From Aquisalimonas asiatica (lineage in GTDB: Bacteria; Pseudomonadota; Gammaproteobacteria; Nitrococcales; Aquisalimonadaceae): a stretch of DNA of 32,000 bases. Of the stretch, positions 24,608-32,000 are shown piece after piece. The position numbers were made by a program, and so were the translations under genes. Numbering within the stretch: the first letter of the stretch is position 1; the number at the start of each line of letters is the position of its first letter. The stretch spans positions 219,338 to 251,337 of the forward strand of contig NZ_FOEG01000001.1 of the NCBI RefSeq assembly GCF_900110585.1. Direction: 5' to 3'. Below the pieces are notes generated by a model, which was not told where the DNA came from, made no database searches, and saw only the letters and a list, made by a program, of their open reading frames with translations.

Positions 24608-25422
24608 TCGGTCTCTCCTGTCTGTGGGCCGCGATGCGCAGGTAGCCCGGCATCGTCGGCTTCGTTTCTGTCGGCCTCAAGCGTGGTGCTCTGGTCCTTG
24701 AGGCCGACCCCGGTGAGTTGTTGTACAAGCGCATGGCGGATGAGATACGCCATGGTGTCCGTCGCGGCGTCCGGTGTCAGCCCGCCGGGGCGGATGTTGG
24801 AGATGCAGTTCCTCTCCGCGTCGTAGCGCCCCGTGCGAGGCGCGTAGGTGATATACACGCCAAGACTGTCGGCAGCAGACAGGCCCGGTCGTTCCCCGAT
24901 GATCACCACGCTCAGGCGCGCCCCCAGGTGCTCACCGATGGGGTCACCGATCGCGACGCGCCCTTGTTCCACCAGGATGACCGGGGACAGGCGCCAGCCG
25001 GCGTGCTCTGCACGCTGGGCAAAGGTCGCAATGAGCTCGCTTGCGTGCTCGGCGACGGCCGTCCCCGACAGGCCGTCGGCCACGATCAGGGCGATGTCCG
25101 GCTGCGTGTCGCGAAGGGGCTCCAGCGCCGCGGCACCAGCCTCGCTCAGGCGTCGGCCCAGATCGGGCCGGCGCAGGTAGGTGGCCCGTGAGTCCGCGGC
25201 GCTTGCGACCTGTAGCGTGTCGAAGCCCGCGGTCGTGAGGGCGTCGGCCAGTGCGTCGAAGTCGACCTGGAAGTGGACGGCGTCTCTGGCTTTGGCCCAG
25301 TCGAACTGGAACGCCAGCAACTCGTTCGTGGTCAGGCTGCTGCCGGTGGCCTCCAGGGCCACGCGGGCGGCCGTGAGGTCGCGCAGGCGGCGATACGCAT
25401 TCGGGATGGTGTTCTCGGTCAT
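24604..25422 (-). CDS. eutC: Ethanolamine ammonia-lyase small subunit
   Basis: The length is right, and the motifs LRDLTAARVALEATGSSLTTNELLAFQFDWAKARDAV and VIIGERPGLS are typical of EutC. It lies immediately downstream of eutB. Confidence 0.9.
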   Translation of the reverse strand: MTENTIPNAYRRLRDLTAARVALEATGSSLTTNELLAFQFDWAKARDAVHFQVDFDALADALTTAGFDTLQVASAADSRATYLRRPDLGRRLSEAGAAALEPLRDTQPDIALIVADGLSGTAVAEHASELIATFAQRAEHAGWRLSPVILVEQGRVAIGDPIGEHLGARLSVVIIGERPGLSAADSLGVYITYAPRTGRYDAERNCISNIRPGGLTPDAATDTMAYLIRHALVQQLTGVGLKDQSTTLEADRNEADDAGLPAHRGPQTGETE

Positions 25423-25426
25423 GCCA

Positions 25427-26836
25427 TCAGCTCCTGGTTCCGGTGTGGTGAGCGAGCACGTTGGCGTTGGCCAGAAGCGGCTGGTCCGCCCCCGGGGGCA
25501 GCAGTTGGTTGCGCTCGTCCATGATGTTCATGGTCTGGAGCCAGGCGTTGAACTCCGGCGATGGCGTCTTGCCCAGGAGTTGCCGCACGTAGTTGGCGTC
25601 ATGGAAGGAGGTGCTCTGGTAGCTCAGCATGATGTCGTCTGCGCCCGGCACGCCCATGACGAAGTTGCAGCCCGCCGTGCCGAGTAGCGTCAGCAGCACG
25701 TCCATGTCGTCCTGATCGGCTTCCGCGTGGTTCGTGTAGCACACGTCGCAGCCCATGGGCACACCCAGCATCTTGCCGCAGAAGTGGTCTTCCAGGCCGG
25801 CGCGGATGATCTGTTTGCCGTCGTACAGGTACTCGGGGCCAATGAAGCCGACCACGGTGTTGACCAGTAACGGGTCGAACGCCCTGGCAACGGCGTGGGC
25901 CCGGGCTTCACAGGTCAGCTGGTCGATGCCGTGGTGCGCGTCGGCGGACAGGGCGCTGCCCTGGCCGGTCTCGAAGTACATCAGGTTCTCGCCGACGGTG
26001 CCGCGCTCAAGGGAGCGTCCCGCCTCGTGGGCCTCTTTCAGCAGGGCGAGATCAATCCCGAAGGCCGTGTTGGCGGCTTGCGTGCCGGCGATGGACTGGA
26101 AGATGAGGTCCACGGGGGCATTGCGCTCAATGGCCTGAATGGCCGTGGTCACGTGCGCCAGCACGCACGACTGCATCGGGATGGCGTAGGCCTGGCGCAG
26201 ATCATCCATGAGCCGGGTGAGGTCGATGTAGGCCTGGACGCTGTCCGTCGCGGGGTTGATGCCCACGGTGGCATCCCCGGCGCCGTTCAGCAGCCCGTCG
26301 AGCATGGACGCCGCGATGCCCCGCGGGTCGTCCGTGGGGTGGTTTGGCTGCAGCCGGACCGAGAGCGTCTCCGGGGCGCCGATGGTGTTGCGGAAGCGGG
26401 TTTCCACGCGGGCCTTGCTCGCCACGAGGATCAGGTCCTGGTTGCGCATGAGCTTCGACACGGCGGCGACCATCTCAGGCGTGAGCCCCGGTGCGAGGCG
26501 GGCGAGTGTGGTGGTGTCCACATCATAACGGAGCAGCCAGTTGCGGAACTCGCCCACGGTCATGTGCGCCACCGGGGTGAACGCCTCCCGGTCGTGGGTA
26601 TCGAGAATCAGGCGGGTGACCTCGTCGTCCTCGTAGGGGATGACCGGGTCCTCGAGGAACTGCTTGAGGGGGACGTCGGCAAGCGCGGCGCGTGCGGCGA
26701 TTCGCTCCTGGGCGCTTGTGGCCGCGATTCCCGCGAGCTGGTCACCGGAGCGTTCCGGGCTCGCCTTGGCCAACAGGTCGGCGAGCCCGTTGAACGTGTG
26801 GTTATGACCACCCAGTGAGATGCGAAATACGGACAT
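25427..26836 (-). CDS. eutB: Ethanolamine ammonia-lyase large subunit
   Basis: The protein is 469 aa. The motifs SPERSGDQLAGIAA, VGINPATDS and MGCDVCYTNHA are typical of EutB. Confidence 0.9.
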   Translation of the reverse strand: MSVFRISLGGHNHTFNGLADLLAKASPERSGDQLAGIAATSAQERIAARAALADVPLKQFLEDPVIPYEDDEVTRLILDTHDREAFTPVAHMTVGEFRNWLLRYDVDTTTLARLAPGLTPEMVAAVSKLMRNQDLILVASKARVETRFRNTIGAPETLSVRLQPNHPTDDPRGIAASMLDGLLNGAGDATVGINPATDSVQAYIDLTRLMDDLRQAYAIPMQSCVLAHVTTAIQAIERNAPVDLIFQSIAGTQAANTAFGIDLALLKEAHEAGRSLERGTVGENLMYFETGQGSALSADAHHGIDQLTCEARAHAVARAFDPLLVNTVVGFIGPEYLYDGKQIIRAGLEDHFCGKMLGVPMGCDVCYTNHAEADQDDMDVLLTLLGTAGCNFVMGVPGADDIMLSYQSTSFHDANYVRQLLGKTPSPEFNAWLQTMNIMDERNQLLPPGADQPLLANANVLAHHTGTRS

Positions 26837-27058
26837 GGGCCGCTCCTTCGTTCGGGATGAACCGGTTCAGAGTATGTAATAGCAAATGTGGTGCCAGCTG
26901 ACAGTATTCGCGGCGCCCAAGGGCACGGCTGCCGGCGCTGGTCTGATAAGCCTCTGAAAGCAAAAGGGCTCCGTCGTGCGTCGGGCGGATCGTCGCGGTG
27001 GCGGTGGGGCGCTGCCCCCGGTGTCGATGGCCCGGTTGGAAGAGGATTGCGCACCCAA

Positions 27059-27097
27059 ATGTGGCAAAGACAACAAGAATGCACTGCTTTGCCACAT
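27059..27097. promoter_or_regulatory. Palindromic candidate operator in the eutB / ABC-transporter divergent region
   Basis: ATGTGGCAAAG (27059-27069) and CTTTGCCACAT (27087-27097) form a perfect 11-bp inverted repeat with a 17-nt spacer. A nested ATGCAC/GTGCAT pair lies nearby. Confidence 0.3.
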
Positions 27098-27310
27098 CAC
27101 GAATGGTGCATGTGCCAAGTCTTTACCCAGGCTTATGAATGGTCATGTTCATTTAAAGAGCGTTAAAACAGGAGCTTGTAGGTTTTCTGCGCCTTCTTCC
27201 TCGGTTCTGGCCCCTAATTTGCAATGCCGTGATCACCACATTGGGTGCTCCGCGACCCATGCGGTCATTCGGCCCTGATGCCAAGACGGTTTCTTCCAGA
27301 GGTGATCACG

Positions 27311-28879
27311 ATGACGACCATGAACCGACGCAAATTCCTCCAGCGAGCAGCCCTGTTCGGCGCGGGCGCCGCGGTGGTGCCCCAGATCGATCCTTCCTTT
27401 TTCCTGCGTTCCGCCCTCGCGTCCCGTGGTGCACCAATGGTGTTCCTGGCGGCGGAGAACATGACCGGCAACTGGGACCCCACATCGCACACGAACCTGG
27501 CGCAGATGAACCTGGAGAGCATGGTGTTCGGCACCCTGACGCGGGCGCCCATGACCGAGGAGGATCCGTCCGAGATCCGGTACGAGCTGGCCACCGGTAT
27601 GGAGCTGCTGGATGACCACACCCTGGAGGTCACGCTGCGGGACGGTGTGGTGTTCCACAATGGGGCGTCGTTCACGGCCGCTGACGTCAAGGCCACGTAT
27701 GAGTACGGCTCCCGCTCGGATCGGCCGGCGGCCTGGCACCCGGGGCGCTGCGAGGTGGAGGTGGTCGACGACTACACCGCAAGAATCCACACCTCCGGCG
27801 ACGATTTTCCGGCCAGCATGTACATCCTGCTGAGCAGCTTTCTGCCGATCCTGTCCGCCGCGGACATCGAAGACGGCTCCATCAGCGACCGGCCCAACGG
27901 GACCGGCCCGTTCAAGTACGTGGAGCGGCGGGGCAACGACACCACGCTGGAAGCGTTCGACGATTACTTCGCCGGGACGCCGCAACTGTCCGGTATCCGG
28001 TATTCGTTCGTGGGCGATTCCTCGTCCCGCCTGCTGGCGCTCATGAACGGCGAGGCCGATGTCATCGAGCGTCTGGAGCCGGAGCAGCTCGAAACCCTGC
28101 GGGGGCGGGGTGGCGTGAAGATCAACAAGATGCTGTCGGTGGAGAACAAGTACCTCTGGTTCCGCTGCTCCAAGCCGCCGTTCGACAACGAACTACTGCG
28201 CCTGGCCGCCTGCCACGCCATCGACCACGAGCAGGTGCTGGCCATCATGGGCGAGGCCGCGCAGGAGAGTCGTGCCCATATCTCGCCGGTGAAGTTCGGT
28301 TACGCCGATCTGGACGCCTACCCGCAGTTCGACCCGGAACGCTGCCAGCAGCTGCTCAGTGAAGCGGGTTACCCGCGGGGTGAAGGGCTGCCGGAGCTCG
28401 AGTACATCACCTCCATCGGCTTCTACCCGAAGACCCAGGAATACGGCGAGCTCATCACGGCCATGCTGCAGGCCCAGGGCTTCCCGGTGACCATGAACGT
28501 CATGGAGGTCGCCGCCTGGAACGACGCCTATTACCACCGTGAAGGCGGGGGCCCGGGGCACATGGTGGACGGCGGCTGGGCGACCGGCTCGCCCGAGCCG
28601 GACCTGGTGTTGCGTACGCACTTCCACTCCAGTTCCCGGCGTGTCTGCGGCATCCAGGACGACGAGATCGATGCCGCCCTGGACCGCGAGCGCAACGAGC
28701 CGGATCTGGACAAGCGCGAGCGGATCATCCAGGAGGAGACCCTGCCGCTCATCGCCAGGAAGGCGCCGGCCCACAGCCTGTTCACGTCCGTGTTCATGCA
28801 CGCCATGCGGGAGGACGTGGACGGTCTGTTCCTCTACCCCAACGGCCAGCTGGACGCCAGCGAAACCGCGATCAGTTAG
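27311..28879 (+). CDS. ABC transporter substrate-binding protein, family 5 (peptide/nickel/opine type), Tat signal
   Basis: A twin-arginine motif NRRKFLQRAALFGAGAA is present, with SBP_bac_5-like sequence throughout. The start was chosen at ATG 27311. Confidence 0.85.
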   Translation: MTTMNRRKFLQRAALFGAGAAVVPQIDPSFFLRSALASRGAPMVFLAAENMTGNWDPTSHTNLAQMNLESMVFGTLTRAPMTEEDPSEIRYELATGMELLDDHTLEVTLRDGVVFHNGASFTAADVKATYEYGSRSDRPAAWHPGRCEVEVVDDYTARIHTSGDDFPASMYILLSSFLPILSAADIEDGSISDRPNGTGPFKYVERRGNDTTLEAFDDYFAGTPQLSGIRYSFVGDSSSRLLALMNGEADVIERLEPEQLETLRGRGGVKINKMLSVENKYLWFRCSKPPFDNELLRLAACHAIDHEQVLAIMGEAAQESRAHISPVKFGYADLDAYPQFDPERCQQLLSEAGYPRGEGLPELEYITSIGFYPKTQEYGELITAMLQAQGFPVTMNVMEVAAWNDAYYHREGGGPGHMVDGGWATGSPEPDLVLRTHFHSSSRRVCGIQDDEIDAALDRERNEPDLDKRERIIQEETLPLIARKAPAHSLFTSVFMHAMREDVDGLFLYPNGQLDASETAIS

Positions 28880-28942
28880 CAGGCAGTCCGTTCGGGGTCG
28901 GCGGATGCCGGCCCGACCGGGCGCACACGCAGGAGAACAGGT

Positions 28943-29929
28943 TTGTCTGCAACGCTACTGAAACTACTGGTGACCCGGCTGGGCCAGGGCGCGCTGATCA
29001 TGCTGCTGGTCTCGGCCGTGATCTTCACGCTGCTGCGGGTGGTTCCGGGGGATCCGGCGCGGCTGATCGTCGGCGGTATGGCCGACGATCAGGTGCGCGC
29101 GGAACTCTCCGCCGAGCTCGGGCTGACGGACCCCATTCCGGTGCAGTACCTGACCTACCTGGGGAACGTGCTTCGGGGGGATCTGGGGCAGTCGTTCGTG
29201 CGGCCTTCGCAATCCCGCGAGGACGTCACCGACGCCGAGGATGTGGTCCGCGGGGAGCGTGCGTCGGTGGCACGTCTGCTGCTCGAGCGCCTGCCGCTCA
29301 GCCTCGGGCTGGCCGCTTCGTCGCTCCTGATCGCACTGGCCATCTCCGTGCCGTTGGGCGTGTACGCCGGGCTGAACCCCGGGCGATGGCCCGACAAGCT
29401 CGCGTTCTACACCGGGTCGATCTTCGTTTCCATACCGAACTTCTGGCTTGGCCTGGTGCTGATCCTGGTGGTCTCGGCGAACCTCGGGTGGTTGCCCGCC
29501 ATCGGCTACCAGGGCATGGCCTACGCCGTGCTCCCCGCAATCGTGCTCGCGGTCGAGGTCAGCCCGGTACTGATGCGCACCATCTCCGTGTCCATGGCCG
29601 AGACCATGCAGCAGAAGTTCATCGACTACGGCGGCGTGCGCGGCCTGAGTCCGGGGCGGGTCGTTATCGCGCACGGGTTGCGGAATGCGTCGGTGCCCCT
29701 GCTGAACGTGGTGGGGATCCAGGCGAGCACGCTGCTCGGCGGGGTGGTGGTGGTGGAGTACGTCTTCAACTACCCCGGCCTGGGCCTGCTGACGATCGAT
29801 GCCGTGCTGCAACGGGATTTCCCGGTGCTGCAGGGGATTGCCCTGTTCCTCGCGGGGACCTTCGTCCTGGTGAATATCGCCGTGGACATGGCTGCCGCCC
29901 TGATTGACCCGAGGCTCGAAAGCGAATGA
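28943..29929 (+). CDS. ABC transporter permease (DppB/OppB-like)
   Basis: The N-terminus is LLKLLVTRLGQGALIMLLVSAVIFTLLRVVPGDPA, followed by a BPD_transp_1 region. The start is TTG with AGGAGA 7 nt upstream. Confidence 0.85.
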   Translation: MSATLLKLLVTRLGQGALIMLLVSAVIFTLLRVVPGDPARLIVGGMADDQVRAELSAELGLTDPIPVQYLTYLGNVLRGDLGQSFVRPSQSREDVTDAEDVVRGERASVARLLLERLPLSLGLAASSLLIALAISVPLGVYAGLNPGRWPDKLAFYTGSIFVSIPNFWLGLVLILVVSANLGWLPAIGYQGMAYAVLPAIVLAVEVSPVLMRTISVSMAETMQQKFIDYGGVRGLSPGRVVIAHGLRNASVPLLNVVGIQASTLLGGVVVVEYVFNYPGLGLLTIDAVLQRDFPVLQGIALFLAGTFVLVNIAVDMAAALIDPRLESE

Positions 29930-30837
29930 GTACACCAATCACCTCCAGTGGCACGCCCCCGCAGGTGGAAGAACGCTCCCCGGGGAGGCGCATTCTGATC
30001 GAGGCGTGGCGTCAGCGGGAGCTGAAGATCGGCCTCGCGATCCTCGTGGTCATCCTGATCGGTGCCGTGCTCTACCCGCTGATCACGGATGCCGACGCGT
30101 ACGCCATGGACGTCATGAACCGCTACGTGCCACCGCTGGGCATGGATGGCTCCAGCCTCGCGAACCCGTTCGGCACGGACCAGCTCGGCCGGGACGTGCT
30201 GGCGCGCAGTTTCATCGGGCTGGGGTACTCCCTGCTCATCGCGGTGCCCACCGTCATTCTGATGTACGGCATCGGCTGCGTGATCGGCATCCTGGCCGGG
30301 GTGCGGGGCGGTCTTGTCGATACCGTGGCGATGCGTCTCACGGATGCGCAGTTGGCTATCCCCATGATTCTCCTGGCGGTGACGGTGCTCGGGGTCGCGC
30401 GCCCCAACGTCTACCTGATCATCACCGTGCTGGCGCTTGCAGGCTGGCCGTTGTATGCCCGTGTGGCGCGTTCCGCGGCTCAGTCGGAGAAGCGACGCGA
30501 GTACATCCGAGCCGCACGCGTCCTCGGCGCCTCGGAGTGGCGGATCATCGTGACGTGCATCGCACCGGCGGTGCTCCCGCCCATTGCGTTCGTCGCGGTA
30601 CTGGATATCGCCCGGATCATGATTCTCGAGTCCATCCTGGGGTTCCTGGGGCTCGGCATCCAGCCGCCGACACCGAGCTTCGGCAACATGATCGCCGACG
30701 GCCGTAAATACCTCGTCAACCACTGGTGGGTTCCGACCATGCCGGGGATTCTCCTGCTCGTGGTTCTGATCAGCATCAATATGGTGGGTGCCTCCCTGGA
30801 GCGTGCCCGTAACCGAGTCTTCAAGGGGGCGTTATGA
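29926..30837 (+). CDS. ABC transporter permease (DppC/OppC-like)
   Basis: GTDQLGRDVLARS and the EAA-like segment YIRAARVLGASEWRII are present. It overlaps the upstream gene by 4 nt. Confidence 0.85.
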   Translation: MSTPITSSGTPPQVEERSPGRRILIEAWRQRELKIGLAILVVILIGAVLYPLITDADAYAMDVMNRYVPPLGMDGSSLANPFGTDQLGRDVLARSFIGLGYSLLIAVPTVILMYGIGCVIGILAGVRGGLVDTVAMRLTDAQLAIPMILLAVTVLGVARPNVYLIITVLALAGWPLYARVARSAAQSEKRREYIRAARVLGASEWRIIVTCIAPAVLPPIAFVAVLDIARIMILESILGFLGLGIQPPTPSFGNMIADGRKYLVNHWWVPTMPGILLLVVLISINMVGASLERARNRVFKGAL

Positions 30838-32000
30838 GCCAGGCACAGCGGGCGGACGTGGTTGCCGCGGAACCAGGCAGCGCAGAACCGATCCTTGCAG
30901 TTCAGGACCTGACCGTAACAGCCGGTGAAGGCGCCGATGTGCTGCTCGACGGTGTCAGCCTCACGCTGGCGCCCGGGGAGATGCTCGGGATCGGGGGCGG
31001 CGGCGGTGCCGGCAAGACGGTGCTCTGCAAGGCGCTCATCAACTGGTTGCCAGGCGGTGTGGCCGTGCGCGAAGGGGAGGTCACCTTTCGAGGCGCGACC
31101 ATTCTGACGCCCGACGGGGCGCCCACGACCGGCTTCCGCGGCGCCGGCATCGGCTACGTTGGCGCGGATGCGACCAGTGCCCTGGATCCGACCCTGCCGG
31201 TGGGTGACCAGATCATCGAGAAGCTGCGCGCCAGCGATCGTGGCCTCAGCCGCCGGGAGGCCGCGGAACGGGTGCTGACGCTGTTCCGCGAGGTGCGGCT
31301 TCCGACCACCGAGAAACGCATGAACGAGTACCCGGGGCAGTACAGCGGCGGCATGATGCAGCGGGCAATGATCGTCGATGCGCTGGTGACACGGCCCGCG
31401 GTCGTGCTGGCCGACGACATCACACAGCCGCTGGACGTCACTGTTGCGGTCCAGATCATCCACCTGCTGAAGCAGTTGTCGGCGAAGTACGGCACCGCCG
31501 TCATCTTTGCCTCCGGTTCACTCCCGCTGTTGTCCCGGGCCGTGGACCGGGTGGTGGTGCTTGATCGCGGCCGCATCATCGAGAGTGGTCCGACCGAGGC
31601 GGTGATCCGTGCGCCCGAGCATGCCCATACGCGCCATCTGCTGGATGTGATCCCGCGTGTGTGGGAGGGGCATGAGCCCGTGGCCGGCCCGCGCGCCCGC
31701 AGGGGACCGGTGCTCAGCCTTGATGATGTGCACCGGACGTACCGCGTGCGCGAGCGCGGCAGTTTCAACCGCACCCACGACGTCCGCGCAGTCCGGGGGG
31801 TCAGCCTGGATGTCTGGGAGGGGGAGAAGTTCGGCATCATCGGTGAGTCGGGCTGCGGCAAATCCACCCTGACCCGGTTGCTGACCGCGCTGGAGCAGCC
31901 GGACCAGGGGGCGATCCACCTGAACGGTCGCCGCCTGTCGACCCTGGACCCGCTGGAGGTGCGGACCATGCGCAAGGATCTGCAGCTGGTGCTGCAGGAT
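30834..32000 (+). CDS. ABC transporter ATP-binding protein with duplicated ATPase domains; the 3' end lies outside the window
   Basis: It is not in the ORF track because no stop occurs before the window end. My own translation from ATG 30834 is open for 389 codons. NBD1 has Walker A GGGGAGKT and signature YSGGMMQRA. NBD2 has Walker A GESGCGKST. The ATG overlaps the permease stop (ATGA). Confidence 0.85.
   Translation, partial: MSQAQRADVVAAEPGSAEPILAVQDLTVTAGEGADVLLDGVSLTLAPGEMLGIGGGGGAGKTVLCKALINWLPGGVAVREGEVTFRGATILTPDGAPTTGFRGAGIGYVGADATSALDPTLPVGDQIIEKLRASDRGLSRREAAERVLTLFREVRLPTTEKRMNEYPGQYSGGMMQRAMIVDALVTRPAVVLADDITQPLDVTVAVQIIHLLKQLSAKYGTAVIFASGSLPLLSRAVDRVVVLDRGRIIESGPTEAVIRAPEHAHTRHLLDVIPRVWEGHEPVAGPRARRGPVLSLDDVHRTYRVRERGSFNRTHDVRAVRGVSLDVWEGEKFGIIGESGCGKSTLTRLLTALEQPDQGAIHLNGRRLSTLDPLEVRTMRKDLQLVLQD

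Noticed and set aside
1-32000. A search for CRISPR arrays, rRNA/tRNA genes, integrases/transposases, IS ends and a reverse transcriptase.
   Set aside because: No regularly spaced direct repeats, no cloverleaf-compatible sequences, and no ORF with tyrosine/serine recombinase, DDE or RT motifs were seen in any frame.

Overview
High-GC (about 65-78% in hand-counted lines) chromosomal segment, probably from a gammaproteobacterium; the taxon is inference only. The core genes are a partial nitronate-monooxygenase-like gene, a hotdog-fold protein, a BCCT osmolyte transporter, a methyl-accepting chemotaxis protein, and a translationally coupled Mrp-type cation/H+ antiporter operon in the order E-F-G-B-C-D with a fused double D. 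These are followed by a PhaC-like hydrolase, an OmpR-type response regulator with an atypical histidine kinase divergent from a membrane protein and a VWA-like lipoprotein, a DUF418-type membrane protein, a class-A beta-lactamase-like hydrolase, eutBC with a DeoR regulator, and a Dpp/Opp-type ABC importer. The outlier is a roughly 3.8 kb low-GC insertion (17567-21393) wedged between two convergent core genes. All its ORFs are on the + strand. At least two, probably three or four, are bounded by integron-type attC sites that satisfy the cassette-circularisation rule exactly, yet no integrase is present in the window (a CALIN-like array). Its cargo is a sigma70-region-4-like HTH fused to a TIR/SEFIR domain (a candidate antiphage NADase), a 72-aa Cys/His-rich protein, a 314-aa membrane-anchored protein with no recognisable domain, and a small secreted Cys-rich protein. 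All product calls rest on motif recognition from the translations; no database search was possible.
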